Below are positions 54,943 through 63,813 of a DNA stretch of 64,000 nt, piece after piece (positions within the stretch are counted from its first letter, which is position 1; the number at the start of each line of letters is the position of its first letter). Source of the DNA: a virus. Taxonomy: Duplodnaviria; Heunggongvirae; Uroviricota; Caudoviricetes. The stretch lies in the IMG/VR virus record IMGVR_UViG_3300029922_000006. One strand, written 5' to 3'. The position numbers were made by a program, and so were the translations under genes. Below the pieces are notes generated by a model, which was not told the DNA's origin, did no database searches, and saw only the letters and a program-made list of their open reading frames with translations.

Positions 54943-55539
54943 TTAATCCTTCGAAGAGTTCGTAGGCTTCGTTCGATGTCCGGTTTTTGGCCCTAATCCT
55001 GTCGTCTTCTGAGAATCCCATTTGTCACGCTCTTCTTTCCGTTTCTTCTCTTCGATCTCATACGCGTAATGCTCACGCATTAATTCTTCTACCTGTTCGC
55101 GTGAATAGGTCGGATAGTTCTTAGGCATCGTCATCATTGGAGGCTGTTCATACGGAGCATTAGAAGCAGCAAGAAGCTCTGCAACCTGCTCACGAGTATA
55201 AGTTCCATAAGCGCTTGGGCCGTTCTTAGGCTTGTCGGCGGCTTTCTTATTGATCTTAAACTCTAACTCAGGATCAAACTCAGGTTCTTCATACTTCTCA
55301 GGATGAGACTCGCGGAGTTCAAACTCTTCTTCTTGCTCAGGGGTAAGCTGTCTTTCTTTGAGAGCATCGAGCATAGCCTTTTCGATATCTTTGAACTTAG
55401 TTCCAAGTATCTCATGGCAAATAGCCTGTTTAAGTTCAACAGAGTTGAGAATCTCGTTAGCGCGGAGTACTTTTTCCTCGCGACTTAGTTTATCAAGGCC
55501 ACAGAGCTGCTGAATTCGACGCTTCAATTTTTTACTCAA
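54943..55539 (-). CDS. hypothetical charged protein
   Basis: 198 aa, Glu/Lys-rich. Confidence 0.45.
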   Translation of the reverse strand: MSKKLKRRIQQLCGLDKLSREEKVLRANEILNSVELKQAICHEILGTKFKDIEKAMLDALKERQLTPEQEEEFELRESHPEKYEEPEFDPELEFKINKKAADKPKNGPSAYGTYTREQVAELLAASNAPYEQPPMMTMPKNYPTYSREQVEELMREHYAYEIEEKKRKEERDKWDSQKTTGLGPKTGHRTKPTNSSKD

Positions 55540-55615
55540 GAAGACTCCTCGTTAAGAACATTATATCACCCGGGCCACTAGGACCCAGATGACGGTGTCT
55601 AACTAACGGGCACTC

Positions 55616-55963
55616 TTACTTGTTATTAACGTCGAGCGTCTTCTCCAAGTCTTGGTCGAATTGTAAGTCGAATGATACAGCTGCAGTCTCTTCAACAATC
55701 TTATTGAACATCTCATCCTTGAAGGCCTGATGATCAGTCTCAGAGATAGCTTTGCAGATCTCCAACTTCACTACTTCTTGGTTCTGCCAAGTTGGATCCT
55801 TAGCGAATACATCCATGGCAGCCTGTAAGTTAGCAGGAATTGGGATATTAAAGTGTCTCCAAAAATCAAGAGCGGCATTGCAATCTTCAGGGGAGATTGC
55901 GACCTTTTGATCTACTTCGTTTGTTGCTTTTTGCTCGTTTTGATCCGACATAGGACCTCCCAT
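55616..55963 (-). CDS. hypothetical acidic protein
   Basis: 115 aa; stop/start overlap with the ClpP paralog. Confidence 0.45.
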   Translation of the reverse strand: MGGPMSDQNEQKATNEVDQKVAISPEDCNAALDFWRHFNIPIPANLQAAMDVFAKDPTWQNQEVVKLEICKAISETDHQAFKDEMFNKIVEETAAVSFDLQFDQDLEKTLDVNNK

Positions 55964-56679
55964 TAACGTTTCTTAGTATCGGTTTTCTTTTTAGGAGACG
56001 ATTTGCGTTTTCCAGCAGTCTTTTTACCTGTCGTAATTGACTGCTTCTGACGTGAAGCAAACGGAGCCTTAATGGGTTGTTTAGTAACTTCGTATTGAAC
56101 TTTACCAAAGACCTTAGGTGTACCGATAGTGTCTACGATGCCGAACTTAACAGCTTCTTGGCCGACTAAGTAACGATCAGTTCCGTCTTGTTGCTTGATA
56201 ACTGAGCGGAATTCATCATAGTTCTTGAAGCCGCAGTTGCGTGCCAACAGACCCATGAAATACTCGTTTAAGCGAGTAGTCTCATTAACGTCTGCCTTCA
56301 TGTCGTGTACGTTCCCGCCGGTCCCAGATGAGACTTCGTGGACCATGACACGTGAGTGTCGGCCCAAGAAACGGACGTCCCCGTGTGACAATAGGACAGC
56401 TCCGCAGCTCATTGCCTTACCCATACAGACAGTAACAATGGGGTTCGGGACTTCATCAATGGTCTCAATCATCTTGGCCAAGGCGTCTACATAGCCACCA
56501 TAAGAGTCGATGTGAATAGTAATAGGTCGGCTGGGGTCAGTTGCAGCGATAGCTATAACTGATGCTCTGAACTTTTGCGCGTGTTCCTCGTCGAATTTGG
56601 TAACCCAGATTTCTGGGAGCTTAAGAGTATCGTCTTCCATTAGAACCACCTTTCCAGTAAAAGAATTGTACTTGGCCAT
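55963..56679 (-). CDS. ClpP/S14-family serine peptidase-like protein, paralog 3
   Basis: ITIHIDSYGGYVDALAKMIETI, CMGKAMSCGAVLLS (Ser) and VMVHEVSSGTGG (His); basic C-terminal tail. Confidence 0.65.
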   Translation of the reverse strand: MAKYNSFTGKVVLMEDDTLKLPEIWVTKFDEEHAQKFRASVIAIAATDPSRPITIHIDSYGGYVDALAKMIETIDEVPNPIVTVCMGKAMSCGAVLLSHGDVRFLGRHSRVMVHEVSSGTGGNVHDMKADVNETTRLNEYFMGLLARNCGFKNYDEFRSVIKQQDGTDRYLVGQEAVKFGIVDTIGTPKVFGKVQYEVTKQPIKAPFASRQKQSITTGKKTAGKRKSSPKKKTDTKKR

Positions 56680-56719
56680 AATTCATAACTAATAGAGTTG
56701 ACATAGTAAAATAGCTAAT

Positions 56720-57193
56720 ATGGTAAAACAATGTCGTAGATGTAATGAGTCAAAATCTGTCGGTGATTTTCCAAAATGCAAAACCAATAAAGATGGTCTA
56801 TACTCTTATTGTAAAGAATGCAATTCTCGTAAAGTTAAAGGCCACTACGTGGTTAAATCAGAAGAAAGAAAAGCATATCAAAGGTCTGTATCTAAGGCAA
56901 TACAAAAGGATAGGGATCTTAAGTCAGTTTATGGAATTACTCTCGAGCAATATAAGTTAATGCTGAAAAATCAAGACGGTAAGTGTGCAATTTGCAAACA
57001 ATATGAGACAAAAGTTAATTCAAAAAGCAAAGAAACTTTAATGCTCTCTGTGGATCATAGTCATAGAACGGGCAAAGTAAGGGCCTTATTGTGTAATAGA
57101 TGCAATAGAGGACTTGGTTACTTTAAAGATAATCCAGAGTTTTGCATTTCTGCGGCAAATTATCTAACCGAACATAAAGATATAATAGAGTGA
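56720..57193 (+). CDS. endonuclease VII-family protein
   Basis: LSVDHSHRTGKVRALLCNRCNRGLGYF; N-terminal Cys cluster CRRCNES...CKEC. Confidence 0.8.
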   Translation: MVKQCRRCNESKSVGDFPKCKTNKDGLYSYCKECNSRKVKGHYVVKSEERKAYQRSVSKAIQKDRDLKSVYGITLEQYKLMLKNQDGKCAICKQYETKVNSKSKETLMLSVDHSHRTGKVRALLCNRCNRGLGYFKDNPEFCISAANYLTEHKDIIE

Positions 57194-57206
57194 GAACGAG
57201 GTCATA

Positions 57207-58007
57207 ATGGATAAAATCGACGCACTCATAAAGAAACTCCAAGAAGCTAAAGAAGAGCTGTCTAAAGCTGATGTCGTGAAGCCAGACACCGGATACGGAA
57301 AGATTACAATCAAGGATAATACTCCGAAGTCGCAGAAACCTGCTGACCCACAGAAACCCTACGGTAAGGTAATCATCAAGGCTGAATCTGCTCCTGCAGC
57401 ACCTAAGCCACAAGCCGTTAGCATCGGTAAGCACTCCAATGGCAAGTTTAAAGCTTATAACTGGAAGGCAGGCCAAGTAGCTATGCACCCAGAAGAGTTC
57501 GACACTCATGATGCAGCTAAGGCTCACTATGAAGCCAAAGGTCATATGATCAAGTCTGAAGAAGAATTAGAGAAAGATGCAGCTAACCCTAAGCTTGCAC
57601 CCAAAGAAGTAAAGATCAAAGAACTTCAAGGCAAGATCGACTCAGGTACCTACAAAATTCCTGCTGCCAAAATTGCTGACAAGATGCTTGGTAAGAGCGA
57701 CAAAGAGACTGAAAAAGAAGCTATGGACGCTGAGTTCGGCAAAATGGCTAAAGATGAAGCAATGATGATGGGCGAAGGATGCGGAATGGAAGCTATGGCT
57801 ATGTCTAAAGACGGCCAATGGTCTTTCAAGAAATCTGCATTCAAAGAGCTCGAAAGCAAACTCGAGCATGAAGGCAAGTCGAAAGAATCAGCCGGCGCTA
57901 TTGCTTACTCTGTAGGCGAGAAGAAATACGGTAAAGCTGGTATGGAAGCGAAAGCTAAAGCCGGCGAAGCCAAGAAAGGCGACATGGGCGACGGAGAGAT
58001 GTGCTGA
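57207..58007 (+). CDS. FlgM-like (anti-sigma-28 family) domain protein with Lys/Ala/Met-rich extensions
   Basis: KEVKIKELQGKIDSGTYKIPAAKIADKML matches the FlgM C-terminal consensus (...LKQAIASGTYKVDAEKIADKLL); 266 aa with low-complexity flanks. Confidence 0.45.
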   Translation: MDKIDALIKKLQEAKEELSKADVVKPDTGYGKITIKDNTPKSQKPADPQKPYGKVIIKAESAPAAPKPQAVSIGKHSNGKFKAYNWKAGQVAMHPEEFDTHDAAKAHYEAKGHMIKSEEELEKDAANPKLAPKEVKIKELQGKIDSGTYKIPAAKIADKMLGKSDKETEKEAMDAEFGKMAKDEAMMMGEGCGMEAMAMSKDGQWSFKKSAFKELESKLEHEGKSKESAGAIAYSVGEKKYGKAGMEAKAKAGEAKKGDMGDGEMC

Positions 58008-58604
58008 TTACCAAATCAAAGGTCCTCTTAGTAACTTGAGGACTTTGATGATTTCTAAGAATTCTGAGTAAGAAACTAAATCAGACTTAAGTCTGTTGCA
58101 GCTTTCACAACATGTAACTACGTTTTGTTTAATGTATCCAAGCGAAGAGTCTTTTCTATCAAGACCATTATAGACATAAGCACCATTCAGTCTAGAATCG
58201 TTCATTAAAGTCGACGGCTTCATGTCGCAATAATGACAATCCATTTTAGTTAGAAGACTAAAATCCTCTTTAGAAATCTCAAAGACTAAATCTCTTAACT
58301 TTGCTGAACCTTTATAGTTCTTATAGACATAATTCATGGCAGCTTCACCAACGGGCTTTGTATGAGCTGGTTGTTTACCTCTTGCTAGGTTGCCAATAAA
58401 GCTTTTTAGATGTTCTTTCTTCAGACAGCCACAGCTCTTCTTGCTTCCGCGTTTTAAATTGCTGGCATTCACCTTAACCTTATTTCCACAAGAGCAAATG
58501 CAGTTAGTATAAAGTCGACCTCTCTCGCCTACAAAAGTAGATTCAACATATAGTCGGCCAAATTGCTTATTTAATACTTCTTCTTTTAGATGCGGATTGT
58601 TCAT
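58008..58604 (-). CDS. HNH (AP2-type) homing endonuclease
   Basis: YVYNGLDRKDSSLGYIKQNVVTCCESCNRLKSD (HNH_3-like); zinc ribbon SCGCLKKEH; sits between the ThyX and RNR genes. Confidence 0.6.
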   Translation of the reverse strand: MNNPHLKEEVLNKQFGRLYVESTFVGERGRLYTNCICSCGNKVKVNASNLKRGSKKSCGCLKKEHLKSFIGNLARGKQPAHTKPVGEAAMNYVYKNYKGSAKLRDLVFEISKEDFSLLTKMDCHYCDMKPSTLMNDSRLNGAYVYNGLDRKDSSLGYIKQNVVTCCESCNRLKSDLVSYSEFLEIIKVLKLLRGPLIW

Positions 58605-58629
58605 GGTTTAATGATACCACATACGAACC

Positions 58630-59367
58630 TTAACTAAAAAGTTCAGTGTAGTTTTCTCTTAAAGATTGAGCTATATCAGGCAACTCTTTTTCAAAAACTT
58701 CAAACGCTGCTGCTGCAATTTCTCTATGTTCTAGTTGAGTTGACTTATCAAGTCTTGTCATAAAATAAGTCATCCACGATCTAATAGATCCACTCATATA
58801 GAGTGTAGTTGAGCAACCGAGAGGCAATACAAATCTAGCACATTCCTTAGCAATCCCATTGTCAAGCGCCCAAGTATAATGTTCAAATGAACTCTTCCAA
58901 TTCTGGTCTTGGCGATCGAGCCACTCTTGCTTTACTAATTCTGACAGATCGTCTATTGAATTCTGGCGGTTCTTTACGTCTTGTCTTCTTGCAGCATATA
59001 GCTGAAGTCCGCCTGCGTCTACCGCCGCATATCGCTGGCTAAACTCTTGAAATGTAAAAGAACGATGTCTCAATAGTTGAGGACTAATTCCTCTTGAGGT
59101 TTTCACTTGAATGGTGAGAGTTCCCATCTCAAATGGACTCCAATGTTTATGCTTTAACAGATAATTTATCAACCTAATTGAAGTGTCGAACTTAAGTTGA
59201 TTTTGTGGCGCAGAAACTCTCGCACAATACACAATTAACTCCTGAGCTCCAGGCGTACAAGATAATAATTCGACTAGCTTTTCTGAAGAAGAAACATTCG
59301 ATAATTCTTCGATAATTTTGTCATCACTCTGCATTATTTGGCTCCTCATTTCTGGTAAGATTATCAT
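58630..59367 (-). CDS. thyX: flavin-dependent thymidylate synthase
   Basis: QLLRHRSFTFQEFSQRY (ThyX RHRx7S motif). Confidence 0.8.
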   Translation of the reverse strand: MIILPEMRSQIMQSDDKIIEELSNVSSSEKLVELLSCTPGAQELIVYCARVSAPQNQLKFDTSIRLINYLLKHKHWSPFEMGTLTIQVKTSRGISPQLLRHRSFTFQEFSQRYAAVDAGGLQLYAARRQDVKNRQNSIDDLSELVKQEWLDRQDQNWKSSFEHYTWALDNGIAKECARFVLPLGCSTTLYMSGSIRSWMTYFMTRLDKSTQLEHREIAAAAFEVFEKELPDIAQSLRENYTELFS

Positions 59368-59414
59368 ACCGCGAACGACCGCAATTCAAATAAAAAGTTA
59401 AAAGGAAATACAAC

Positions 59415-61304
59415 ATGAATGTGAAGACTCCATGGGGCGAGATTGGCTATGTTACGTACAAGAGAACTTACTCTCGCAAGATGAACGACACTACGGAAGA
59501 ATTCACAGACACGGTTGAACGAGTCCTTAACGCAGCAGACACACAACTCAATGTTGGATTCACTGCAGCTGAGCGTGCGCGAGCTCGAGACTATATGCTC
59601 GGACTAAAAGGAATTGTCGCGGGACGTTTCCTCTGGCAACTTGGAACAAAGACAGTAGAGAAGTTTGGACTCGCATCGCTTCAGAACTGCGCAGTCACTC
59701 TCGTAGATCATCCAATTCGTCCTTTCACTTGGGCATTTGATATGCTCATGCTTGGATCTGGCGTAGGATACAACATCCAACGCGAGTACGTATATAAGAT
59801 CCCACCTGTAATGGATCGCGAGATCAAGGTCACACGCAAAGATACTAACGATGCTGACTTCATTATTCCTGATTCTCGTGAAGGATGGGTTAAGCTTCTT
59901 GAACACACGCTCTCCGCTTATCTCGTAGAAGGTAAGTCTTTCTCGTACTCTACTGTTCTCGTCCGTGGCAAAGGTGCTCCAATCAAGAGCTTCGGTGGTA
60001 CTGCATCAGGACCAGAAGAGCTCTGCTGGGGTATTGAGCAGATCTGCAAGGTGCTTGACTCTCGTCGTGGCAAACAGGTTCGTCCTATCGATTGCCTAGA
60101 CATCATGAACATCATCGGATACATCGTTGTATCTGGTAACGTACGTCGCTCAGCTCAGATCGCTATCGGTGATATGGATGACCTTCAGTTCCTCAATGCT
60201 AAGCGTTGGGACTTAGGCAATATCCCTAACTGGCGCGCGATGTCTAATAACTCGGTTGTATGCAATGACATGGCACTTCTCCCTGAAGCATTCTGGCAAG
60301 GTTACATCGGTAACGGTGAACCTTACGGACTCATCAATCTTAAGCTCGCCCGTGAAGTCGGTCGCTTAGCAGATGGCGACATGTACCCAGATCAAAAGAT
60401 CATCGGCTTTAATCCTTGCGCAGAGCAATCGTTAGAAGACAAAGAGACCTGCTGTCTCGCTGAGATCTTCTTGCCTAACATCGCTTCTAAAGAAGAGCTT
60501 ATGGACGTTGCTACAATTCTATACAGGATCAACAAGCATTCGTTAGCTCTGTCGTGCCATCACCCAGAGACAGAAGAAGTCGTTCACCGCAACATGCGTA
60601 TGGGCATAGGCATGACTGGTATCCTTCAAGCATCTGATGAACAACGCTCGTGGCTGTCTGACTGCTATAAGCATTTACGTCAATATGACGCTCGCTACTC
60701 TGCTGAGAAGGGTTGGCCGAAATCTATTAAGCTTACTACTGTTAAGCCTAGTGGAACACTTAGCACACTCGCTGGGGTTACGTCAGGCGTTCACCCAGCT
60801 ATCTACCAACACTTCATCCGTCGTATCCGCATGGCATCAGACTCTCCGCTAATCGCCGTCTGTCGCACCAATGGGTACAAAGTAGAGTACCAGAAGAACT
60901 TCGATGGAACAGACGATAAGAACACCATGGTAGTGGAGTTCCCATGCTCGTATCCTAAAGGAACAGTATTGGCGAACGATACTACAGCTATCGATCAGCT
61001 CAAATGGGTTAAGAAGCTTCAAACTGAATGGTCTGACAACTCTGTCTCTTGTACTGTCTACTACCGCAAGGAAGAGCTTGAAGACATCAAAGCTTGGTTG
61101 CTTGCTAACTACAATAACTCCCATAAGACTGTTAGCTTCTTACTACATAACGACCATGGGTTCACACAAGCTCCGTACGAAGAGATCACTGAAGATCAGT
61201 ACAATACTCTACGTGCTAACACTACACCTATTCATGGTATTGAAGAAGAGTTCGAGTTTATGGATAGTTTAGAGTGCGAAGGTGGCGTGTGCCCAATCAA
61301 GTGA
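59415..61304 (+). CDS. nrdJ: ribonucleotide reductase, class II-like single-chain
   Basis: Active-site finger NPCAEQSLEDKETCCLAEI (NPCGE...E.CNL); C-terminal Cys pair ECEGGVCPIK; 629 aa. Confidence 0.65.
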   Translation: MNVKTPWGEIGYVTYKRTYSRKMNDTTEEFTDTVERVLNAADTQLNVGFTAAERARARDYMLGLKGIVAGRFLWQLGTKTVEKFGLASLQNCAVTLVDHPIRPFTWAFDMLMLGSGVGYNIQREYVYKIPPVMDREIKVTRKDTNDADFIIPDSREGWVKLLEHTLSAYLVEGKSFSYSTVLVRGKGAPIKSFGGTASGPEELCWGIEQICKVLDSRRGKQVRPIDCLDIMNIIGYIVVSGNVRRSAQIAIGDMDDLQFLNAKRWDLGNIPNWRAMSNNSVVCNDMALLPEAFWQGYIGNGEPYGLINLKLAREVGRLADGDMYPDQKIIGFNPCAEQSLEDKETCCLAEIFLPNIASKEELMDVATILYRINKHSLALSCHHPETEEVVHRNMRMGIGMTGILQASDEQRSWLSDCYKHLRQYDARYSAEKGWPKSIKLTTVKPSGTLSTLAGVTSGVHPAIYQHFIRRIRMASDSPLIAVCRTNGYKVEYQKNFDGTDDKNTMVVEFPCSYPKGTVLANDTTAIDQLKWVKKLQTEWSDNSVSCTVYYRKEELEDIKAWLLANYNNSHKTVSFLLHNDHGFTQAPYEEITEDQYNTLRANTTPIHGIEEEFEFMDSLECEGGVCPIK

Positions 61305-61306
61305 TA

Positions 61307-61516
61307 CTAGTCAACGGCGTTCCCCACGTTTTTCTGTGGGGAATTCTTACTCCGCTCTGCAAGCCGGTTCGATGCGTTCGGGACTCTTTCCCAATACGTT
61401 GACCAGTATCTAAATTCATAATTGTGATTACTCCTTGATATTCCTAGTTTTTCTAGGAGTTGGAGTAGTTCATATAGATCTGAATTATTGGTCCACATCT
61501 TTTTGCCGTCTCTCAT
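61307..61516 (-). CDS. hypothetical protein
   Basis: 69-aa ORF. Confidence 0.35.
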   Translation of the reverse strand: MRDGKKMWTNNSDLYELLQLLEKLGISRSNHNYEFRYWSTYWERVPNASNRLAERSKNSPQKNVGNAVD

Positions 61517-61517
61517 A

Positions 61518-61838
61518 TCAACCCAGCTTCGTTAAGATAAGACCCAATACAATGAAGACACATCCGGCTAACGTGTAACCCGTTGGCCGGACTCCGTATA
61601 GGACTAGTGGCACGAGCACGTATGCTCCCACAATCATGGAGTCCCAAATCAAAGCACGCACGTATAGCTGATCCTTAAGCGGAGATTCCTTCGCGATATA
61701 TAGCCATAAGAAATTTACAATGACCGCAAGAATCAAACCTATTGGGAAGAACCAATGTGTTTGCTTAAGACCATTCGAATACGATACAACCACGGATAGG
61801 ATGTAGATAACGAACCCGACTAGGTATGGTATCATCAT
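61518..61838 (-). CDS. multi-pass membrane protein
   Basis: Start placed at the internal MMIPYLVGFVIYIL; three TM helices. The longer track ORF overlaps the upstream gene. Confidence 0.45.
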   Translation of the reverse strand: MMIPYLVGFVIYILSVVVSYSNGLKQTHWFFPIGLILAVIVNFLWLYIAKESPLKDQLYVRALIWDSMIVGAYVLVPLVLYGVRPTGYTLAGCVFIVLGLILTKLG

Positions 61839-61899
61839 TGGGACTCCCTTATTACAGGGGTTTATAGCGTCGGGACGCGAGCGGCCCGGCGTAGCAGTG

Positions 61900-62301
61900 T
61901 CAGTGGGCCGGTGCAATGCGCTCGACGAATTCTTTCGCTGCGGTAAGCGATTCGTTTGGAGACTGTAGTTTGAGCTTTCGCAACATAGACATGACCTGTC
62001 TAGTGCGCTTAACCTTATGGATGAATTGCCTGACGTCATCTCTATCTTGGGGAGTTTCTTGTTGTTGATTGTAGTAGTCGTACTTCATCTCAACATAATC
62101 CTTAGACTCTTTGAGTCCCCAACCAAACACTTGCTGAATGAATGGTCCAGATGTTACACCAGGGTCATAATGTGATCTGTAACAAGATGGTATGCGTGTA
62201 GCTTTACCAAGGAAGCTGGTGAGCAGGCGAACAGCTTTGATATCATAAATCTTGTTCTCTACTCGACGGCGAGGTTTATTCTTGATCGGCGATGATGTCA
62301 T
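61900..62301 (-). CDS. hypothetical protein
   Basis: 133-aa ORF. Confidence 0.45.
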   Translation of the reverse strand: MTSSPIKNKPRRRVENKIYDIKAVRLLTSFLGKATRIPSCYRSHYDPGVTSGPFIQQVFGWGLKESKDYVEMKYDYYNQQQETPQDRDDVRQFIHKVKRTRQVMSMLRKLKLQSPNESLTAAKEFVERIAPAH

Positions 62302-62584
62302 CGATGTCCATCCCTAATAAGATGTAGTCAATTGAGCGATCCTCGTGCCACTGACGAAACTCTGCTTGAATAGAACCTTGGATATAGGTCATGCCACCGT
62401 CTTTGTTCTTCATGTATAGGTTGACAGATCCATCCTTCTCTTTTATGGCAGCGATCTTGCCAAACGATGTAGCAGAAGAACTAGTAGCTCTGATCCAGTC
62501 AGGAGCAAACCAGTATGGAACACCACGCTTAGATACGTGGTCACTTTCTCTTAGAGGCTTTTCGATCTTTGATTTCTTGCTCAC
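62276..62584 (-). CDS. hypothetical protein
   Basis: 102-aa ORF. Confidence 0.45.
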   Translation of the reverse strand: MSKKSKIEKPLRESDHVSKRGVPYWFAPDWIRATSSSATSFGKIAAIKEKDGSVNLYMKNKDGGMTYIQGSIQAEFRQWHEDRSIDYILLGMDIDDIIADQE

Positions 62585-62613
62585 GTTTCTTTAACTCCTC
62601 TACTGCGTCTCGC

Positions 62614-62979
62614 TTAGCCATTCTTCTTGTTAGATAGTATATCCATGTCCCGTGCACCATGCTCGGATCCGGACTCTTTAACTTCAGCTTCACTAGCAAT
62701 TTGTAAAGACCTCTTGCGTTCCTCAGCATGTCTCACTCTCGCAGCATACATCGCAAAGTTAAATTCTTTATTGTCTGGCCAATCCCACGGCAGAATATCT
62801 TGTCCTATATCTATTACCTTCAGACGAAATAGCACATGAGATAATTTATCAAGTGATTGCATCTCATTGAGAGTTTTTCTACGGGCTGCAAGGAAGTTTT
62901 GGTTCAACGAGGCCAGTGGTTCCTTTTCCAAGGCGAGCTGCTTTAGCCAATCGATCACAGCCTTCATTATGCTCATCAC
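62614..62979 (-). CDS. hypothetical protein (start uncertain)
   Basis: 121-aa track ORF overlaps the RNase H 3' end by 100 nt; an internal Met is a likely start. Confidence 0.35.
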   Translation of the reverse strand: MMSIMKAVIDWLKQLALEKEPLASLNQNFLAARRKTLNEMQSLDKLSHVLFRLKVIDIGQDILPWDWPDNKEFNFAMYAARVRHAEERKRSLQIASEAEVKESGSEHGARDMDILSNKKNG

Positions 62980-63352
62980 CGGAATGCCCCTTCACCCAAC
63001 GTGTAGTCGCTTTAGTAGTTCCGTATATGCTTCTAAGTTTGATATAGAGTGGCGCAAGGTGGAGCGCTTTGCATTGGTATGCTCCGCTTGCATATCCGAG
63101 TACAAGCTGTGAGTCAGAGACGAGCACAACTTCATGAGGACCCTGTGCGAGTACATCTTGTGTGTTGAGTATCTTGAAGACGTGTTCAAGACCGACGATC
63201 GCAGCTGTAATTTCTGCAACATTGTTAGTAGCTTTCGTGAGGTATCCATTCCCCTCTGAATGCAAGGATCCGTCGATGACGCATCTCCATCCATAGCCAC
63301 CATCAGAGTCGAATGTATTCCCGGATCCGTCAGCATATAGTTCAACCTTCAT
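62879..63352 (-). CDS. rnhA: ribonuclease HI
   Basis: LYADGSG, TNNVAEITAAI, VVLVSDSQLV and WVKGHSGDEHNEGCDRLAKAA parallel E. coli RNase HI motifs. Confidence 0.85.
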   Translation of the reverse strand: MKVELYADGSGNTFDSDGGYGWRCVIDGSLHSEGNGYLTKATNNVAEITAAIVGLEHVFKILNTQDVLAQGPHEVVLVSDSQLVLGYASGAYQCKALHLAPLYIKLRSIYGTTKATTRWVKGHSGDEHNEGCDRLAKAARLGKGTTGLVEPKLPCSP

Positions 63353-63593
63353 TATCTTTCCTATTCTGGAGTCGTGTTAACATACGAAGTCCTACTGAGG
63401 TTTCATAGTATTGAGGCGCCACTCCAAATTTCCATAGTAATTTGTACAGCGCCATCCAAGCATTAATGGCTCTATCGTCTAGGTTTAAATGACCTGTCTT
63501 TAGTCTTCCCATAGTATAATAAACCTTACGTAGGAGATTGTACGAAATGGCAATGCAACCAGATGCTCTCAAAGCTAAGATGAAAGATACCAT
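63342..63593 (-). CDS. hypothetical protein
   Basis: 83-aa ORF. Confidence 0.4.
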   Translation of the reverse strand: MVSFILALRASGCIAISYNLLRKVYYTMGRLKTGHLNLDDRAINAWMALYKLLWKFGVAPQYYETSVGLRMLTRLQNRKDNEG

Positions 63594-63813
63594 CTACAAC
63601 GGTCTTAAAGCTCAGTTCGGTTCAGCAGCTGGCAAAGGTGCTAACTACACACCTATCGCAGATGCTCAATGGCAGGCGATGGCTGAAGCAATCTCAGGTA
63701 TTGCAGCCGACATCGTGATGGAGATCACGACGAATGCTACAGTATTACCTGGTATTCCAACTGCTGGATCACCTGCAGCTCAAGTCACTGTTGGACCTGG
63801 ACAGATCCTTTAA
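63538..63813 (+). CDS. hypothetical Ala-rich protein
   Basis: 91-aa ORF with TAAACCTTACGTAGGAG upstream. Confidence 0.4.
   Translation: MYEMAMQPDALKAKMKDTIYNGLKAQFGSAAGKGANYTPIADAQWQAMAEAISGIAADIVMEITTNATVLPGIPTAGSPAAQVTVGPGQIL

Noticed and set aside
54791-55021. 76-aa minus ORF overlapping both the subtilase 5' end and the next gene's 3' end
   Set aside because: Double overlap of 47 and 79 nt with better-supported neighbours. Possibly real, but not reportable with confidence.
62541-62729. 62-aa minus ORF
   Set aside because: Covered on both sides by longer ORFs on the same strand.
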